Shown here in pieces: positions 37,701 to 52,501 of a DNA stretch of 64,000 nucleotides. Source of the stretch: Vicugna vicugna (Eukaryota); assembly GCA_013265495.1 (NCBI GenBank), contig MU058463.1, positions 3,990,244 through 4,054,243 of the forward strand, read 5' to 3'. How positions within the stretch are numbered: position 1 is the stretch's first letter; each line of letters begins with the position of its first letter. The notes under the pieces were generated by a model. The model was not told the origin of the DNA. It ran no database searches and saw nothing but the letters and a program-made list of their open reading frames with translations. The position numbers and the translations under genes were made by a program.

Positions 37701-40700
37701 CCCAAAAGGCCACAGTGACAAGAATGTAAAAATATGAAAGTTAAGAGGTTTGAAGAATATAATGAGATCTCATAGGCCTCCAAGAAGGAAATATTAGAGA
37801 GTAGAGAAAATAGCAGAGAAGCAATATTTGAAGAAAGAGTGCCTAGGAATTTTCCAAAACCAAAAAATGATTTGAATCCATAGATACTAGTAATTATGTA
37901 TTTCCATCATCTACAATCAAGATACATTGTAATGAAATTATAGAAAACGAAAGACCAAGAGAAAAGAATGATCACCTGTAAAAGAGCAACACTTAGATTG
38001 ATAGATTAAATTAAAAAGCAATAATCCAATAATGTTAAAGCTACTACTTATAGCAACTACTTTCATAGAATTTATTCTGTGCCAAGTATTACTCTTAAGT
38101 GTTTTTTAAAAATAATTTAAAATTTTTTAATTGTAGTAAAAAACATAAAATTTTCCATCGTAACCATTTTTAGGTATACAGTTCCGTGGTATTAAATATA
38201 GTTACATTGTTGTACATTAGATCTCCAGAATGTTTTCATTTTGCAAAACTGAAACTATATGCAAGGAACAACTCACTTCTCCTCCCTTTCAGCCCCTGAC
38301 AACCACCATTCTGCTTTCTATTTCTGTGAAATATCATACATTGTTTGTCATTTTGTGACTAGCTTATTTCACTTAGTATAGTGTCCTCAAGATCATCCAC
38401 ATTGTAGCCTGTGACAGAATGGATTTCTTTTTTAAATGCTGAATAATATTCCACTGTATGTTTCTACCACGTTTTGTTCATCCCTTTATGTATCCGTGGG
38501 CATTTGGGTTGCTTCCACCTCTTAGCTGTTGTAGATAATGCTGCTGTTAATTAATATGAGTGTGCAAATATCTCTTCAAGATCCTGCTTTCAGTTCTTCT
38601 GGATATATACAGTGTGATTGCTGGATTTAAAAAATGTACTTCTTTAAAAAAAAAAAAACCAGAAACAGCCATTTGTTATTAGGATTAAATGTGTGATTTG
38701 TTCTGCCATGCAGTGTACAATTTTCAGTTTACAGCCAGTTTTCACACGAACACATTCAAACCATTGCAATACGTAGGTGTTCATATAAATAAAACTCTTC
38801 TCAAACAGGCAGTAACAGACAAGTCAGCAAAGTCTCAGGATTACGTAGTCCTCTTCACCAAAGAAGAGTCTTTCTGATTTTAGCAATAACTTGATTGGTT
38901 CCTTGTAATGCTTTTCATATTTAATAAATTTGGATCACCAAGTGTCATTGAGAAGACTGTCCTTTATTTTTTTTAACATTTTTTATTGATTTATAATAAT
39001 TTTACAATGTTGTATCAAATTCCAGTGTAAGGAGACCATCCTTTTAAAACTAATATGAAATAACAGCTCTATCTGACATGAATCAAACTTCCTAGGGGAG
39101 TAGTATTTTCTGTGTAGACATACCAGCTGGAAAAAATGAGGATTTGTTCTTCCTTTTCATGTACTCATGTACCTGTGCTTTAGAAGCTGTGTGAAAGATT
39201 ATCCATAGCAGCATTTTTTGGTAACGGAAAACTGGTTTTTGTTTTTTGCTATCAGTAATAGAATGCACAAATGGTTGTGGTATAGTCACATGAATGAATT
39301 TGCAGCCATATGGCACTGTGTAAATACAAATTGTAAGACTATTGTTTGAAGAAAGTAAGCCACAGAAGAATGCAGAGTATGTATCCTGTTCATATACAAT
39401 TCACAACATGAAATTTAAATAATATACTCTTTTGATACAAACATATGAAAAATCACAAAGAAAAGCAAGAAAATAAGAAACTTAAAATTCAGGGTATTAT
39501 TACCTTTGAAAGGAAAGGAATTGAGTAGGGAGAGAGACAGTTACTAGTGTACATTGTGTCTTTATTCTTTATATCTTATCTTAAAAGTATTTTGTTATTG
39601 TTCTTTTATGTATATTCAGTAGTTGATAAAAACAGTTTTTCCAAAAAATTTTAGAATAAAGGAGGTAAAGAAGTGGAGACTGCCTTCTGAGAATTTTGTT
39701 GTGAAATAGATAAAAGAAATGAGATAACGGCGGGAGGGCATTCTGGCTTCCTTCTGGTTTTTGTGATGCTCTGCTGTGTATTAGTAGGCTGAGCATCTGC
39801 ATACATTCCCTTTGTGCTTCCTTTCTAAGCACAGCCTTCCACGTCCTTTGCCCACCTTAGGTATTGGATTGATTATCTCTTATTGGCTTGCAGGAGTAGA
39901 AGACTACACTGTGGATATTGTTGTTTTGTCTCATATGGTTGTTTTACGTATTTTCTTTTGACTCACTCTTTGTCTTTAAGCTTTTTTAATTAATAGAGTG
40001 TTGTACAAAAGCTTCATATTTGTAAGTACACATTAGACTGTAAGGTAAACTGTTGCTCTATTATTCATGAAGTAATGTGATCTATATTGCTGTTTTGTTC
40101 AACTTATGTCACTTAAAGTGACATAAATCATTTTATTTTGTTTGTTTAGCTCAGGTATTGAAAATAATGAACTACATTTTGTCCTGTTTAAGCTGACTGT
40201 ATTATTCTCTTTGTATCATCATTTATACTTCAGAAGTTTTTTTTTTAACTGAAACTATATGTTGAGTGCTGTAATCATTCTCTTTCTTGAAAGGTTTCGA
40301 CCAAACACTAGAGAGCTGTGGTGTTACAATGCAGTGGTCGCTGATGCCCGATTTCCCTCTGCAGCAGACATGCAGTCCCGATGTAGTATTCTGAGTCCTG
40401 AACTTGCCTTACCAACAGGATCAAGGGCTCTCACCACCCGGTCTCATGCGGCTTTGCACATTCTAGGTAGGGTTGGTATTTGATGATCAGTTAGTTTTCA
40501 TTAATGTGTGCTGAGGATTTTTTTTTAAGAGTATTTATGTTTGTATATCATTCTGTCATATTTGTTAAACAATAATGTGCTAGGTGCAAAATAAATTAAA
40601 TCCTCCAACTTTAAGAGGTTTATCCTACAGAAAACAGTATATCAGACTTATACCAACACCATGAAAGAGTCGTATATGCCCAGATATAAAGCAACCCTGA

Positions 40701-43700
40701 ATATAATTTTACTAATAGGTAGATCTTTTAAAATAATGGTTTTGCTTAACTTGAATATATAAACTTTAGAGATGTAGGCTGAATAGTCAAATGTATAATT
40801 ATAATATTTAATTGTTTTCATTATTTAAAATAAATTCTGTAAAATATTACATGAATTTTATAGTTACCACCTCTATTTCTTCTTACATAGCAGTTTCCCA
40901 CAGCACATCAACTTCACTTCTAATTAATTTGAGATAGAGCACTTTCACAACGTCTGGTAACCATTGTAAACATCTAGAACTAGCCTTGATTAAAGTTATC
41001 TCAGGCTATTCTGTCTTCTGCAAATAGTACTTTAAGAATCAACCTAAAGTAATTCAGAGAGTTTGATAAAATGAAGAACCTTGTAAGGACTCGAAGATTA
41101 AGCAATTCTAACTTTTCAGAGAGATAGTTTTGCACAAAACATTAAACATATACTAAATGACAAATATGATAATTACCCAGGCAGAGGAGAATTTTTATTG
41201 GTTGTATCTTCCATGAAATGTTATTTAAAGCTTGTAGTAAATTTGCTGAGCACATTCAGAGTTTATTGTTTGAATTTATCCCCTACAGCATCTCATATTA
41301 TCAATATTAGGGGAAATTTTAAGTTGAAGGAGTTGAATTTTTGTTTGTTTGCTTTTAGGTTGTCTTGATACCTTGGCAGCTATGCAGGATTTAAAAATGG
41401 GTGTTGCAAGTACAGAGGAGGAAACTCAAGCAGTAATGAAGGTTTATTCCAAAGAAGATTATAGTGTAGTAAACAGGTTTGAAAGTATGTATATTTATGT
41501 TTGGGAAATATTGTCTTATGAATGAAATATATGGATATTTTAAAACATAAATTATCATTTGCGTCTTTTAGGTCATGGAGGTGGCTGGGGTTACTCTGCT
41601 CATTCAGTAGAAGCTATACGTTTTAGTGCTGACACGGATATTTTACTTGGTGGTCTTGGTCTGTTTGGAGGTAGAGGAGAATATACTGCTAAAATTAAGG
41701 TAAGCTGTTCATTGACACTGTTGCCCTTTTTCTTTGAAGGTAACAATTTCGACTTAGCTTATTATTTTATAGAATGCCTCCTTCTAAAAAGGACTTGCGG
41801 AAACGTTGCTAAGATCAAATATAGTAATAATAAGTCATTAACTCATTTAAAAATTTAAAGTGAATTAAAAAGGGAGTAAAATGAATAGAAAACGATTTTT
41901 CAATAATTTTAGATTGAAAGAGGCTTTAACAGTCAATCTCAATCCTTTGTGCTGAACTTCCTAGTAGTCTGGATACAGCTGTATCTAAGTGCCTGCTTTC
42001 TTGTAGCCATTTTAATGACAAGATGCAGGGGCATTTTAATATAGCTTTTAAAGTTTTTAGCATTTTTTATGCCAAATACTATGCAAACAGACATTATCAC
42101 CATAGGAGTAAGGATGAGGGATGAAGTGAGTAAAGGGATGGATTCCATCGGGTAGACAAACTAAAAACAATCAGAAGTCATGGGTTTACTGCACTGTTCA
42201 TCTCAGAAAGGGCCAGCAATTATACTAAGCAAAGGATATGTTCATTCTTTGAAAATTCACTAATAGCTTGAATGTTCTATTGTCAAATTATCTGATTTTG
42301 TTCTTTAAGTAGAGGAGAAAACTAGTTTATGCCTTAATATCAGTAACAGTCTTCATAAGAAATTCTCAATTAAATGCTGCTGTAATTTCAGCCCTTACCT
42401 TCCTTAACCAATTAACATTTAATCCAGTAGAGCTCTTCTGTGACGTACTTCGTTCACTTGGCTTTCAAGACACCACATTTCATTTTCCTCCTGTCTCACT
42501 GGCTACTCTTCTGGTCTTCTGCTTGGTATCCGTCATCTTCCTGACCTCTAAATGTTAGAGTTCCAGAACTCAGTCTTGAACATCTTTTTAAAGTCTCTTC
42601 ACCCCCACAGTGATCCAGCCTTCTGGCTCTAAGTATTCTTTCTCTGATCACTCTCACACTTAATAGGCCTCCAAAGTCATGTATACTCTGCATCTCCACT
42701 TGGATAGCTAACAGGCATCTCGGTTGTAACATATCAAAACTAGGCTTCTGATGCTTTCTCTAGATGTGTTGTTCTCTTGTCCTTCCCCTTCCCAGTTAAC
42801 TGACTCAAAATAAACTTAATTTCATTCTTCCAGTTGCTCAGGCCCAAAATCTTGGAGTCATCCTTGACTTCCCTCTTTCTTTTGTACCCACATCCACTTC
42901 AGCAGCAAATATTGTTAGCTGCACTTTGAAAATAAATCCAGGATATAGCCACTTCTGAAAGCTGCTCCTGGTACCAAGTTGGTCCAAATCACAGCCACAT
43001 GGATTATTTACAGTTTCCTCTCAATTTGCATCCTGCTTCTGTCCTTGCTTGCTTCAGTCTATTGGCAACACCGCAGTTATTCTCTTAAAATGTATACCAG
43101 AGTGTCATTTATTTTCACACTTTTCATGTCTCCTTTTCCTATGCTGTTATTGCTTTGAACTATTTTTTGTCACCTATTTTTTTAAGTATCTTTACCTTCT
43201 GTTATTCCTCTCTCTCCACAGCTAATATCTTTCTAGCCTCTCTCTCTTTTTTTTTTTTTTTTTTTTTGGCTAGGTATTTTTCTAAGTGCTCTACAAGCAT
43301 TATTTAATTCTCACAATTACAGTGAAGCAGGCACTGCTGGTGCCCATCCCCCTTTATGGACGAGGAAACTGGGTCCTGTGTTCTCACAGCCAGTGAGTGT
43401 TGAAGCAAAATTCAGCCACATCTGGAAGCTCACTTAGTCTTCCTTCAGATGTTCATATCTGGTACAGAATGTTCTTGGAGCATTTGATATAAATAGATAT
43501 ATAAATAAGAAAAATTGAGATTAATATAGACTATAAGATATTGTTTATGTTTCTTAATTTAGACATACTGGCTTGTATATTTCACTGAATAACATTTTTT
43601 TAAAGCAGGTTCTTTTTTACATTCTGTACTATCCAGCATATGTTGGAGATGCAAAATCGTAAACATATTATTCAGCAGACTTACATGACTGAATGATTGG

Positions 43701-46700
43701 GCATAATATGTTTTTCTCCTTTCCCCAGCTGTTTGAGTTGGGTCCTGATGGAGGAGATCACGAAACTGATGGAGACCTTCTTGCAGAGACTGATGTATTG
43801 GCCTATGACTGCGCTGCGAGGTAAAGATTTCTTCATTATTCAGTATAATCCATACGTACTTAATATGAAAAATTTATTATACATGAATAAACATAACTTT
43901 AAAAGGAAGTTTTGAAAAATTACTGTGATCAGCAGTGTAAGAAACTGAAGTATCAAGTGTTTCTGTTAACAACACTGCATTAAAATAATAGTATCCTTCA
44001 TGATTCTATTTCACAAGATCAATTGACTGTTTCTACCTTGAAGATGGAAAGTACATATATTTTGCACACTTCTATTTTTATGTATCACTTGGAAAACACC
44101 TAATATGCTAGTGTTCTAGTGATGGGATGCAAGTATTTACTTCTGGTGACATTTGTATATTGAGTTGAATAGTCATAGTGGGCCATAATTCACAGCACCT
44201 GTATACTCTTACTCCACGTCTGTTCTATATGCTTGATTGTAACACACTTGGAGAGGTAGCCAGCTTTACTGAATGAAACCTCTTAGGAGGTAACCAGAAT
44301 CAGGATGTTTATTTATGAAGTTTCATTAAATAAAAAGAGACTTCGATTTCATCAGTCCTCTCTGTGTAATCCTAAGAATTATCTCAACACTGTGTTATGA
44401 CAAGTTAGTCAAATTAGTCATCAGTTAGTCCCTGATTTGAATCAGGGAATATTATGATGAGAAAAAGTAATAAACTGAGCTTCATGATAATAGTGGTACA
44501 CTGTACTTCCCAATGATAACTGTGTTAAGAAAATCTTGTGTGTATAAGCGTTTTGCTAATGAAATGTGTATTTTCTGAAAATGGTAGTAAGGCACTGAGT
44601 TTGCTTTTAACAGATAATTACTTTGGAGAAAAAGTCATAAACCTAAAGAAAATTTTGACTGTTTCTTCACTTTAGACATTAAACAGTATCAGGAGATTTT
44701 TTTCAGTAACTTTTTTATGTTAAGTACACACAGAGATTAGAGAAATTTCAGAAAATTTAATTAATTTTTAATAAAACCTTAAGATGCCATTGTCAACATT
44801 TTTATTTTCAAACATATGTTTATGAGTAAAAAATGCAGTGTATCATTTTGTGTATAGAGAATCATCTAGATTTTCTACATTTACCTACTGACAAAGCCCA
44901 GATTCCTAAGGCTAGCATTAAAGGACTTCCGTAATCTTTCACAACATGTTTTAAACTTTCTACGTACTGCTCTTCCATGTCTGCCTTAATGCTTCAGCTT
45001 AACTGGACACCTTGCCACCCCCAGATCCTGTTTTGTATCTTTATATCTCTGCAGATCCCTCCTGACATTCTTCCCCTTCCTCAGCACCCTGTATTCTCCT
45101 CTCCATTCCAGCTACAACCAATGTACAGTCCTTCTACTCTGTTACCTGGAATGTTATAACTTGGGTATATCTTTATCAGATGCCCTCATTTGTATACATG
45201 TTTTTTCTTTCCTCCTTATTTAGTAAACTTTTTGTGTAGTTACTGTGTGACAGACCCAATTCCAAACACTTTATCTCAATTCAATTCTCAGAACAATGCT
45301 ATGAGCTAGGTAATGTTTTTATCCCTATTTTCAGATGAAGAAATTGAGTCATAGAAAAGATATAGTAACTTGCCCAATGTCACCTAACTAGCGAGTCACA
45401 AAGCCAGGCCTTGAACTCAGACCATCTGATTCCAGACCTCTCAAAATACTTTAGTTGAATAAATGAACTTTAAAACTAAAATTCAAACTTTCATTTTTCC
45501 AACAAAACTGGAATGATTTTTTTAACAATTTTTTAAAAATTATTTTAATATGAAAATTTTATAACATTTAAGCAAGTTTTAGAATTCAAGATGAGGGGGA
45601 GGAAGTGTAATGCCATCTCCATAACACAAGTAACTATTATTTGTGTTCTTGTTTATACTTATTAAAATAGAGGGCTTTTAATCTTGTTAAATAAGAATCT
45701 TATAATGTATTTCATGTGTTGTTTATAAAGGACTTAAAAATAAATATATGTAACAGGGAAGTACAAAGCCATTGTCTTTAACACATTAATTTTCCTCTCA
45801 GAGAAAAATATGCAATGATGTTTGATGAACCAGTTCTCCTGCAAGCTGGCTGGTGGTATGTGGCCTGGGCTCGAGTGTCAGGACCCAGTAGTGACTGTGG
45901 ATCTCATGGACAAGCTTCTATTACCACAGATGATGGGTAAGCAGAATGTATAGGTATTTTTTAAGCAACTCTCATTTTTGTTAGTGGAATATTGTTTTGA
46001 AAGCTCAAAGGTCTTTCAGTAAGACAAAAATCTTAGTAAATCTGAAGCATAATATGACCTGCTAAAAATTAAATTCATATAATCTCATGCCAAATTAAGG
46101 TCTAGACAGAATGTGGAGATGATAGGACTGCTGTTCTTTGCTCTTGTCAGTTGGCATTTTTCTGTATTTCTGGATATTACATTCTTTTAAAGCTTATTAC
46201 CAAATTAGAAGTTATATAGAGGAAAGTGACAAGAATAATGAGGATTTTGGAAACAAAAAAGGAATATATACTTGCTATAAAATTTGACAGTGCCTATGAA
46301 AACACTTTATGAACTGCAAGGCTTTAATGTTATGAGATGGTATAGTTTTAATAAAATGTAAGGAGAAATTTCCTGTTTAAATTTCAAGTATCTAGTACTT
46401 AAGAGTTTGTGAAATACTTTCAAATATATTCTCATTTGATGCCCTCAACAACTTTGTGAACTTTGTGATTAGCCTCGTTTTTACAGTCAGGGGAATAGAG
46501 ACAAATGGTGAAATGATTTGCTTCAAGTCAGATGGCTTCTGTGTTGCAGAACCAAATCTAGATGTAGAGTCTCTTGACTCTAAGCCCAACTTTCTTTATA
46601 CTCTGTACTCTGATTCATGTGTTTGTGAGGACCATCATTTATGGGAGAAATTCAGTTTATTCTTTATTATTCTTGAGCATAAACTGTTTGAAATGTAGAA

Positions 46701-49700
46701 GTTACATAATAGTACATTTCATATATAGTTTTGTCCAGCTCAGAACAGAGCTGACCCAAAAAATAGAGCAGACTAATTTCTGAAGTGAATTCTGTGCTCC
46801 TGAATGTTTAAGTAGAATGCTGTAGCAAAATTAAGCCTGTTATTGTAATGTATCCTTTTCAGCTTACTCTAAGATTGTAAATTAGAACTGGAGAGACTGC
46901 TTTGATCCTGGGGGACTGTATGGTTCCTATATATAGTTCTTTCAACCTTGGCATATTACAGCATTTGGATGCTAAAGTTTATGTTGTATCTATTTAAGCA
47001 GATTTTAAACTAAAAGTTGAAATATTTTGTTAAAAGCTTATTGTTCTGGTTAAAGGTGAGCTGAGGGGCTAGAGATGAGGGCGTCAGCTGCTCCCCTGGG
47101 AGCTCCAGATCAAGTTTAATTCTTCCATTTAACCCATTAAGCCATTCAGAGTTAGAACTACAATCAGAACGATGTTTTTTCACTTGTATTTTTTTCCATA
47201 AAAAGTGACTCTCTGTTCATTAACATAAGATTTGGAAACATGATTATTAAATTTTTCATTTCCTTTCGTGAATCTTGAATCATGTTGTTTTTGGTTACAT
47301 TGTTATTTCTTCTTTTCTTAGGGTTGTTTTCCAATTTAAGAGTTCAAAGAAATCAAATAATGGTACAGATGTTAACGCTGGTCAGATACCTCAATTATTA
47401 TACAGGTATTTAGCATATTTCTAGTTTAATTAACATGTTTTATTTTACTATAATGAGCTAGTGGATCACTATTAAATATATGGCGTAATAAGGAAGAAAT
47501 TACCTGAAGCATTCAGCAAATCATAATATACCATTAGAAATAGAGCTACATTTAACAAAAACATGTAAGTTTTATATATTTTTAAACTTTTTTTAACCTT
47601 GAGGTTAATTTTAATAAAATATCACTGATGACTCAGATTATCTATATTTTGCCTATAATGATATTTTAATAACTTATTTTTTAAATCTACTGATTTTCTT
47701 AACCAGTTTCAGAATGTTTTTAAACTAATAAAATTTGCCTTAGAAAAATGAAATCTGAGTGCTAGATGGGGACTTCAGATATAGACCTGGATGGTTGTTT
47801 TATAGATTTAGGTTTCTTGTTCACTTTGTGATGGCATGAATTGGAAAATCCCTTACTGCTGAAAAATTCCCACCTTTAATTGAAATATCAAACAGTTACT
47901 TGCTCATGTGATAATAGGATTATATTTTAACATTATTTAAAAATTGTAATTACTTCATGGCAATATATGGGACCAATGCCTTTGTGTGTGTCCATCTGTT
48001 TCTAGATTACTACAATAATTTTTAGACTAAAGAATTCAAATGGCTATAAATCTTCACTGAAAAAATGACATTGTTACTTTAAGTAGTAAAAATCAAAGGA
48101 AATACAGTGATTGTACAGAAATACTGTGATTCTCTGTCTTCCGTATCTTTTCTAGTATCTCTTTAAGAATCTTGATGGAATCGACATCACTTTTCCAAGA
48201 GGCGATTTTTATTTATTTTTTATGCAATCTGTTATAGTCAGTATTTGTAATGTATGACATTATGAATGTAATGAGTTGCTTGGATTACTCCTGGGTACAG
48301 TGGTTGAGTAACTTTTTAAGAGTAACATTTAATACTAAGGTTACTAGAGAACATAAGTTATGTATGTTGTCTAGTAAGAGATCCCCTACTACCCAGTCTT
48401 ACAAAGGTGGGATTTAGATGATGAAATGCTCAATGCTAACAATTTTGCTTAGCATTGGAAAATGTTTAATAAAAGCCCCATGTTGGGATTTTTACCTAAC
48501 AAAAATATTGAAGTGTTTAATTTATTTTGCTATTGCAAAAATGTATATTTGTAAAGAAAAATGTCAACATTAATTTATGTGCAACCTTCAGACTTCCAAC
48601 AAGTGATGGCAGTGCTTCAAAAGGCAAACAGCAAACCAGTGAACCGGTACACATTTTAAAGAGATCTTTTGCAAGAACTGTCTCGGTGGTAAGCCATTTT
48701 AAAATTTTTCAGCTTTTGTTCAGCACTGTCCAATGCTCAGTTGCATTTTGATGTTTAGCACTTAGCCACTTTTCTAAAATTTTATCTCAACATAGCTTTA
48801 GGAACTCAGATTTGTTTGTACTAAATTTGACATACCAGGCCAAAGAATATATGCACTTTAAATAATGGGAGAACAGAGATATTGACTGGTTTTAACATGA
48901 CTTGATATTTCTGAAATAAATGGTGGATTTTCTTCTAAATCATGTATAAATACATGTGCTGAGGGAGTTAGAAAATGAAGGAAACGTTAAGAGTGATGTT
49001 AACAAGAAAGTTACTTTAATCCTGAAGAACTAAGTAGAAGTGTCACATATCTAACTAGGGACTTTGTTGAACTGCTTGACCTTCCCCATTCTACAGTTAA
49101 AGACATGGTGCTATTGGGGTTACCAGTGTAGAATGGAAGGCCACCAAGATGTAACTGAAATACCATGGTGTTTTAGCTCAGGAGAGTTAAGTTCTTATTC
49201 TTTCCTTTATTAGTTGAAAATTCTTACGCAGGTTATCAAAATAAACTACATCATAGCATCATTATGAATTTCTAATGAGATGGTATATAAAAATTCTTTT
49301 TAAATTGTAAGGCACTATGTGAATTGATTTATCAATGTAGCTGGTAGTCTGTCATGTTGGTAAAATGCATAGGGAGAATGCCTTTTTTCCCCCTTTTTAA
49401 ATTAGTTTTTTAAAATCACATAATTAATACATGTCCCTGGTGGGAATAGGGTGGATTAGGGTTAAAACTATACTAAAATTATGTTAAAGGTCTTTTTCTA
49501 TCACCCTGTTGTACTGTATATAACTACTATTTACATTTTGATATATATCTTTCCAAACTAATTTTTTTACATAAACTAATTTATTAGTCTCTGTTTACTT
49601 TATGCTATACAACCTAATTGTTTGTTTTTGATCATGCTTTAAGTTCTGCATCTCCTTTTTATAAATTTTATCAAATGTACTGCAGACATACTCCATGTTA

Positions 49701-52462
49701 GTACATTTGGCATTGGTATCCCACAGAATGGTTGTCAAGTCTATTCCTATCAAAGGATTCTTTGTTTCTCATATTTTGCTATTACAGTCATCCCTTGATA
49801 TCCACAGGGGGATTGGTTCCAGGACCCCTTACAGATACCAAAATGCTTAAGTCCATTATATAAAATGCTGTAGTATCTACATATAACCTACACACATCTT
49901 CCCATATACTTTAAATCATCTCCAACTTGCTTATAATAACCAATACAATGTAAATACTATGTAAATAGTTGTAAGTACAGTGTACATGCTATGTAAATAG
50001 TTACTGGCATGCCATTCATTCAAGTTTTGCTTTTTGGAACTTTCTGGAATTTTTTTCTTTTGCAAATATTTTTGATCCTTGGTTGGTTAAATCCATAGAT
50101 GGGAAAACTGAATACAAAGGATCAGCTATATATCTATATACATATATATGTGTCTTTGATACTTATGTACTTCCATGCATATTTCTGCTGGATGTAGGAT
50201 CATGTAAATTTTGATGCGTCATGTCAAATTGATCTTCCAACAGAATACGCTTTGCGTAAGAGACTCTACAAGCTTTGACTCCTTGGTACCTTGGCATCCT
50301 TTTAGTGTTAAGATCAGTTTGGTATCTTTTGAACCCAATAAGTATCTTTGCCTCTGTTGTGTCTTTTTCAGTGATCTATTTTTTTTTTTCTGTGCATAGT
50401 TACTCTCTTATATTTATGTCTAAGTGGTTTTGTGGTCATTGGGTTATCGTAGTCTTTATGTAAGAAACTTATTCAATCATTTCTTTAAAAAGTTAAATTA
50501 AACTCTTATTCTTGGTATTGCTATAACCAGAGGACTGGAATTTGCTGGATATGAGGGGAAAAGTGCTTGGCTTTGAGTTTCGACTAGTATCTATCATCAT
50601 GTAAGCATGGCAAAACCAACAGGCCAACTATAACAGCATGGGATGTTCACCATCCTAAACTCGTATTCCAGAATCTTTGAAAATTCAAATAATAATTTTT
50701 CAGTATTTTCTATTCAATTTTTATCTTCTAAATTGCTTATCAAGATTTGGCTGTAGCTTGTATTATAAAATTAAATATGTAGACATAAAGTAAGTTATCT
50801 GTTACTGTCACTGATATCTAATACTAAAATACTTTATCATATTCAAAAATTATTGAAGTGTTTAAAATATTTTTGGTTTATATACATAATACATTTATGA
50901 TATAGTGTTTAATTTTTCTTTAAAGATAAACGTGTATTCATAAGTATTTTTTATTATTGCCTTTATTTATGTGATAAACTAGATAGGTTGATAACAGAGA
51001 AACTTTAAAAATGTATCTTAAATAGGTAAATATTGAAGAAACTGTTTCGGAAGATGCCTAACTACCTTTTTTGTCAAGCTTCAAAGATACTCCTTATTGT
51101 AATTTAATGAATGAACTAATAGAATGTCTGTTATTTGGGCTACCAGAACTCAGATGAACTTTTGAAGTAGAATGTCATTTTTCTATTTGATTCAGCCTAT
51201 GGTATCATTTGAACTAATTGTTATCTATTTTTTATATTCTGGTTTAGGAATGTTTTGAGTCACTGTTGAGTATTCTTCACTGGAGCTGGACCACCTTGGT
51301 CTTGGGCGTTGAAGAGCTTAGGGGATTGAAAGGATTCCAGTTTACAGCTACGCTTCTAGATTTAGAGAGACTGCGCTTTGTGGGTACCTGTTGTCTGAGG
51401 TTATTGCGTGTCTATACCTGTGAAATTTACCCAGTGTCAGGTATGATGCATTTTTTAAATGACTTTAGGGGGAAAATATTTGAGACATTGAGAAAGTTTG
51501 TGTGAGGATTACCAGGAGCTTAAGATCCCCAGCTGCCTTTATTTAACCTGCTTCTGACTTAAGGGGAGAAAGTCAGCTTGCTGTGATGCTTATATATTTA
51601 TATACAAAGAATACAGTAGATTGCATGTCATTATGATAACAAAATGTCATGTTAGGCTAACATTAAGTACTCTAGTAAAGTGTCATTTTAAACATATTCA
51701 GACAAATAGAAGTATTTTGAACACATGATTTGGACTTAAATGCTGAAACCAGTGGGGTTTTTTTTTTCCAATTTAGATTTTAAAAAGAAATAACTTTGAA
51801 CCACACATAATCTCTATATTGTTTCATTTCTAGATTATGAGTACTTAAGATTTTTAGCCATATAGGAAATTACTTGAATTATATTGACTGTTTTCATACA
51901 TATTTATTATTCGATTTAATTAACAATCTATTTTGTTCTCTTAAAGCTACAGGAAAAGCAGTTGTAGAAGAAACTAGCAAGTTAGCAGAATGTATTGGAA
52001 AAACCAGAACCTTGTTAAGAAAAATTTTGTCGGAAGGAGTTGATCACTGCATGGTGAAGCTGGATAATGATCCCCAGGGATATCTCAGTCAACCCTTGAG
52101 TCTCCTAGAAGCTGTCCTTCAGGAGTGTCACAATACCTTTACTGCCTGTTTTCATTCTTTCTACCCAACTCCTGCCTTACAGTGGGCTTGCCTTTGTGAT
52201 CTGCTGAATTGTTTGGATCAGGTAATTTAAATTTGAAAAATGTTAGTTGAAAATATGACTATTACTTAATAATCTTCAAGAAAATATACTACAGTTGCCT
52301 GAATTTCCTAAGTTTTATAAAAGATGAATTAAGAAATCAGTTTGGTGTATGACTTAAATAATCAAAGTTAAATTTTTTTTTTTCCTGTTTGCTGTATCAT
52401 TTCTTAGTTATAAAATTGGCAGGCACATTGTGCAGCTGCTGGGTTGCTCTTTGAGTCTGTAT

Positions 52463-52501
<39 letters not shown>

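Noticed and set aside
40104..40126. Inverted repeat TTATGTCACTT-A-AAGTGACATAA
   Set aside because: Real, but one such 11-bp AT-rich palindrome is near chance expectation in 64 kb, and nothing supports a function.
41485..41571. 87-nt (3n) intron as a frame-preserving retained intron
   Set aside because: Read-through meets an in-frame TGA ([17 protein letters not shown]).
44405..44447. Three TTAGTC repeats followed by a CCCTGATT/AATCAGGG hairpin
   Set aside because: Short motifs; the ACTAA reading is on the non-transcribed strand; no other support.
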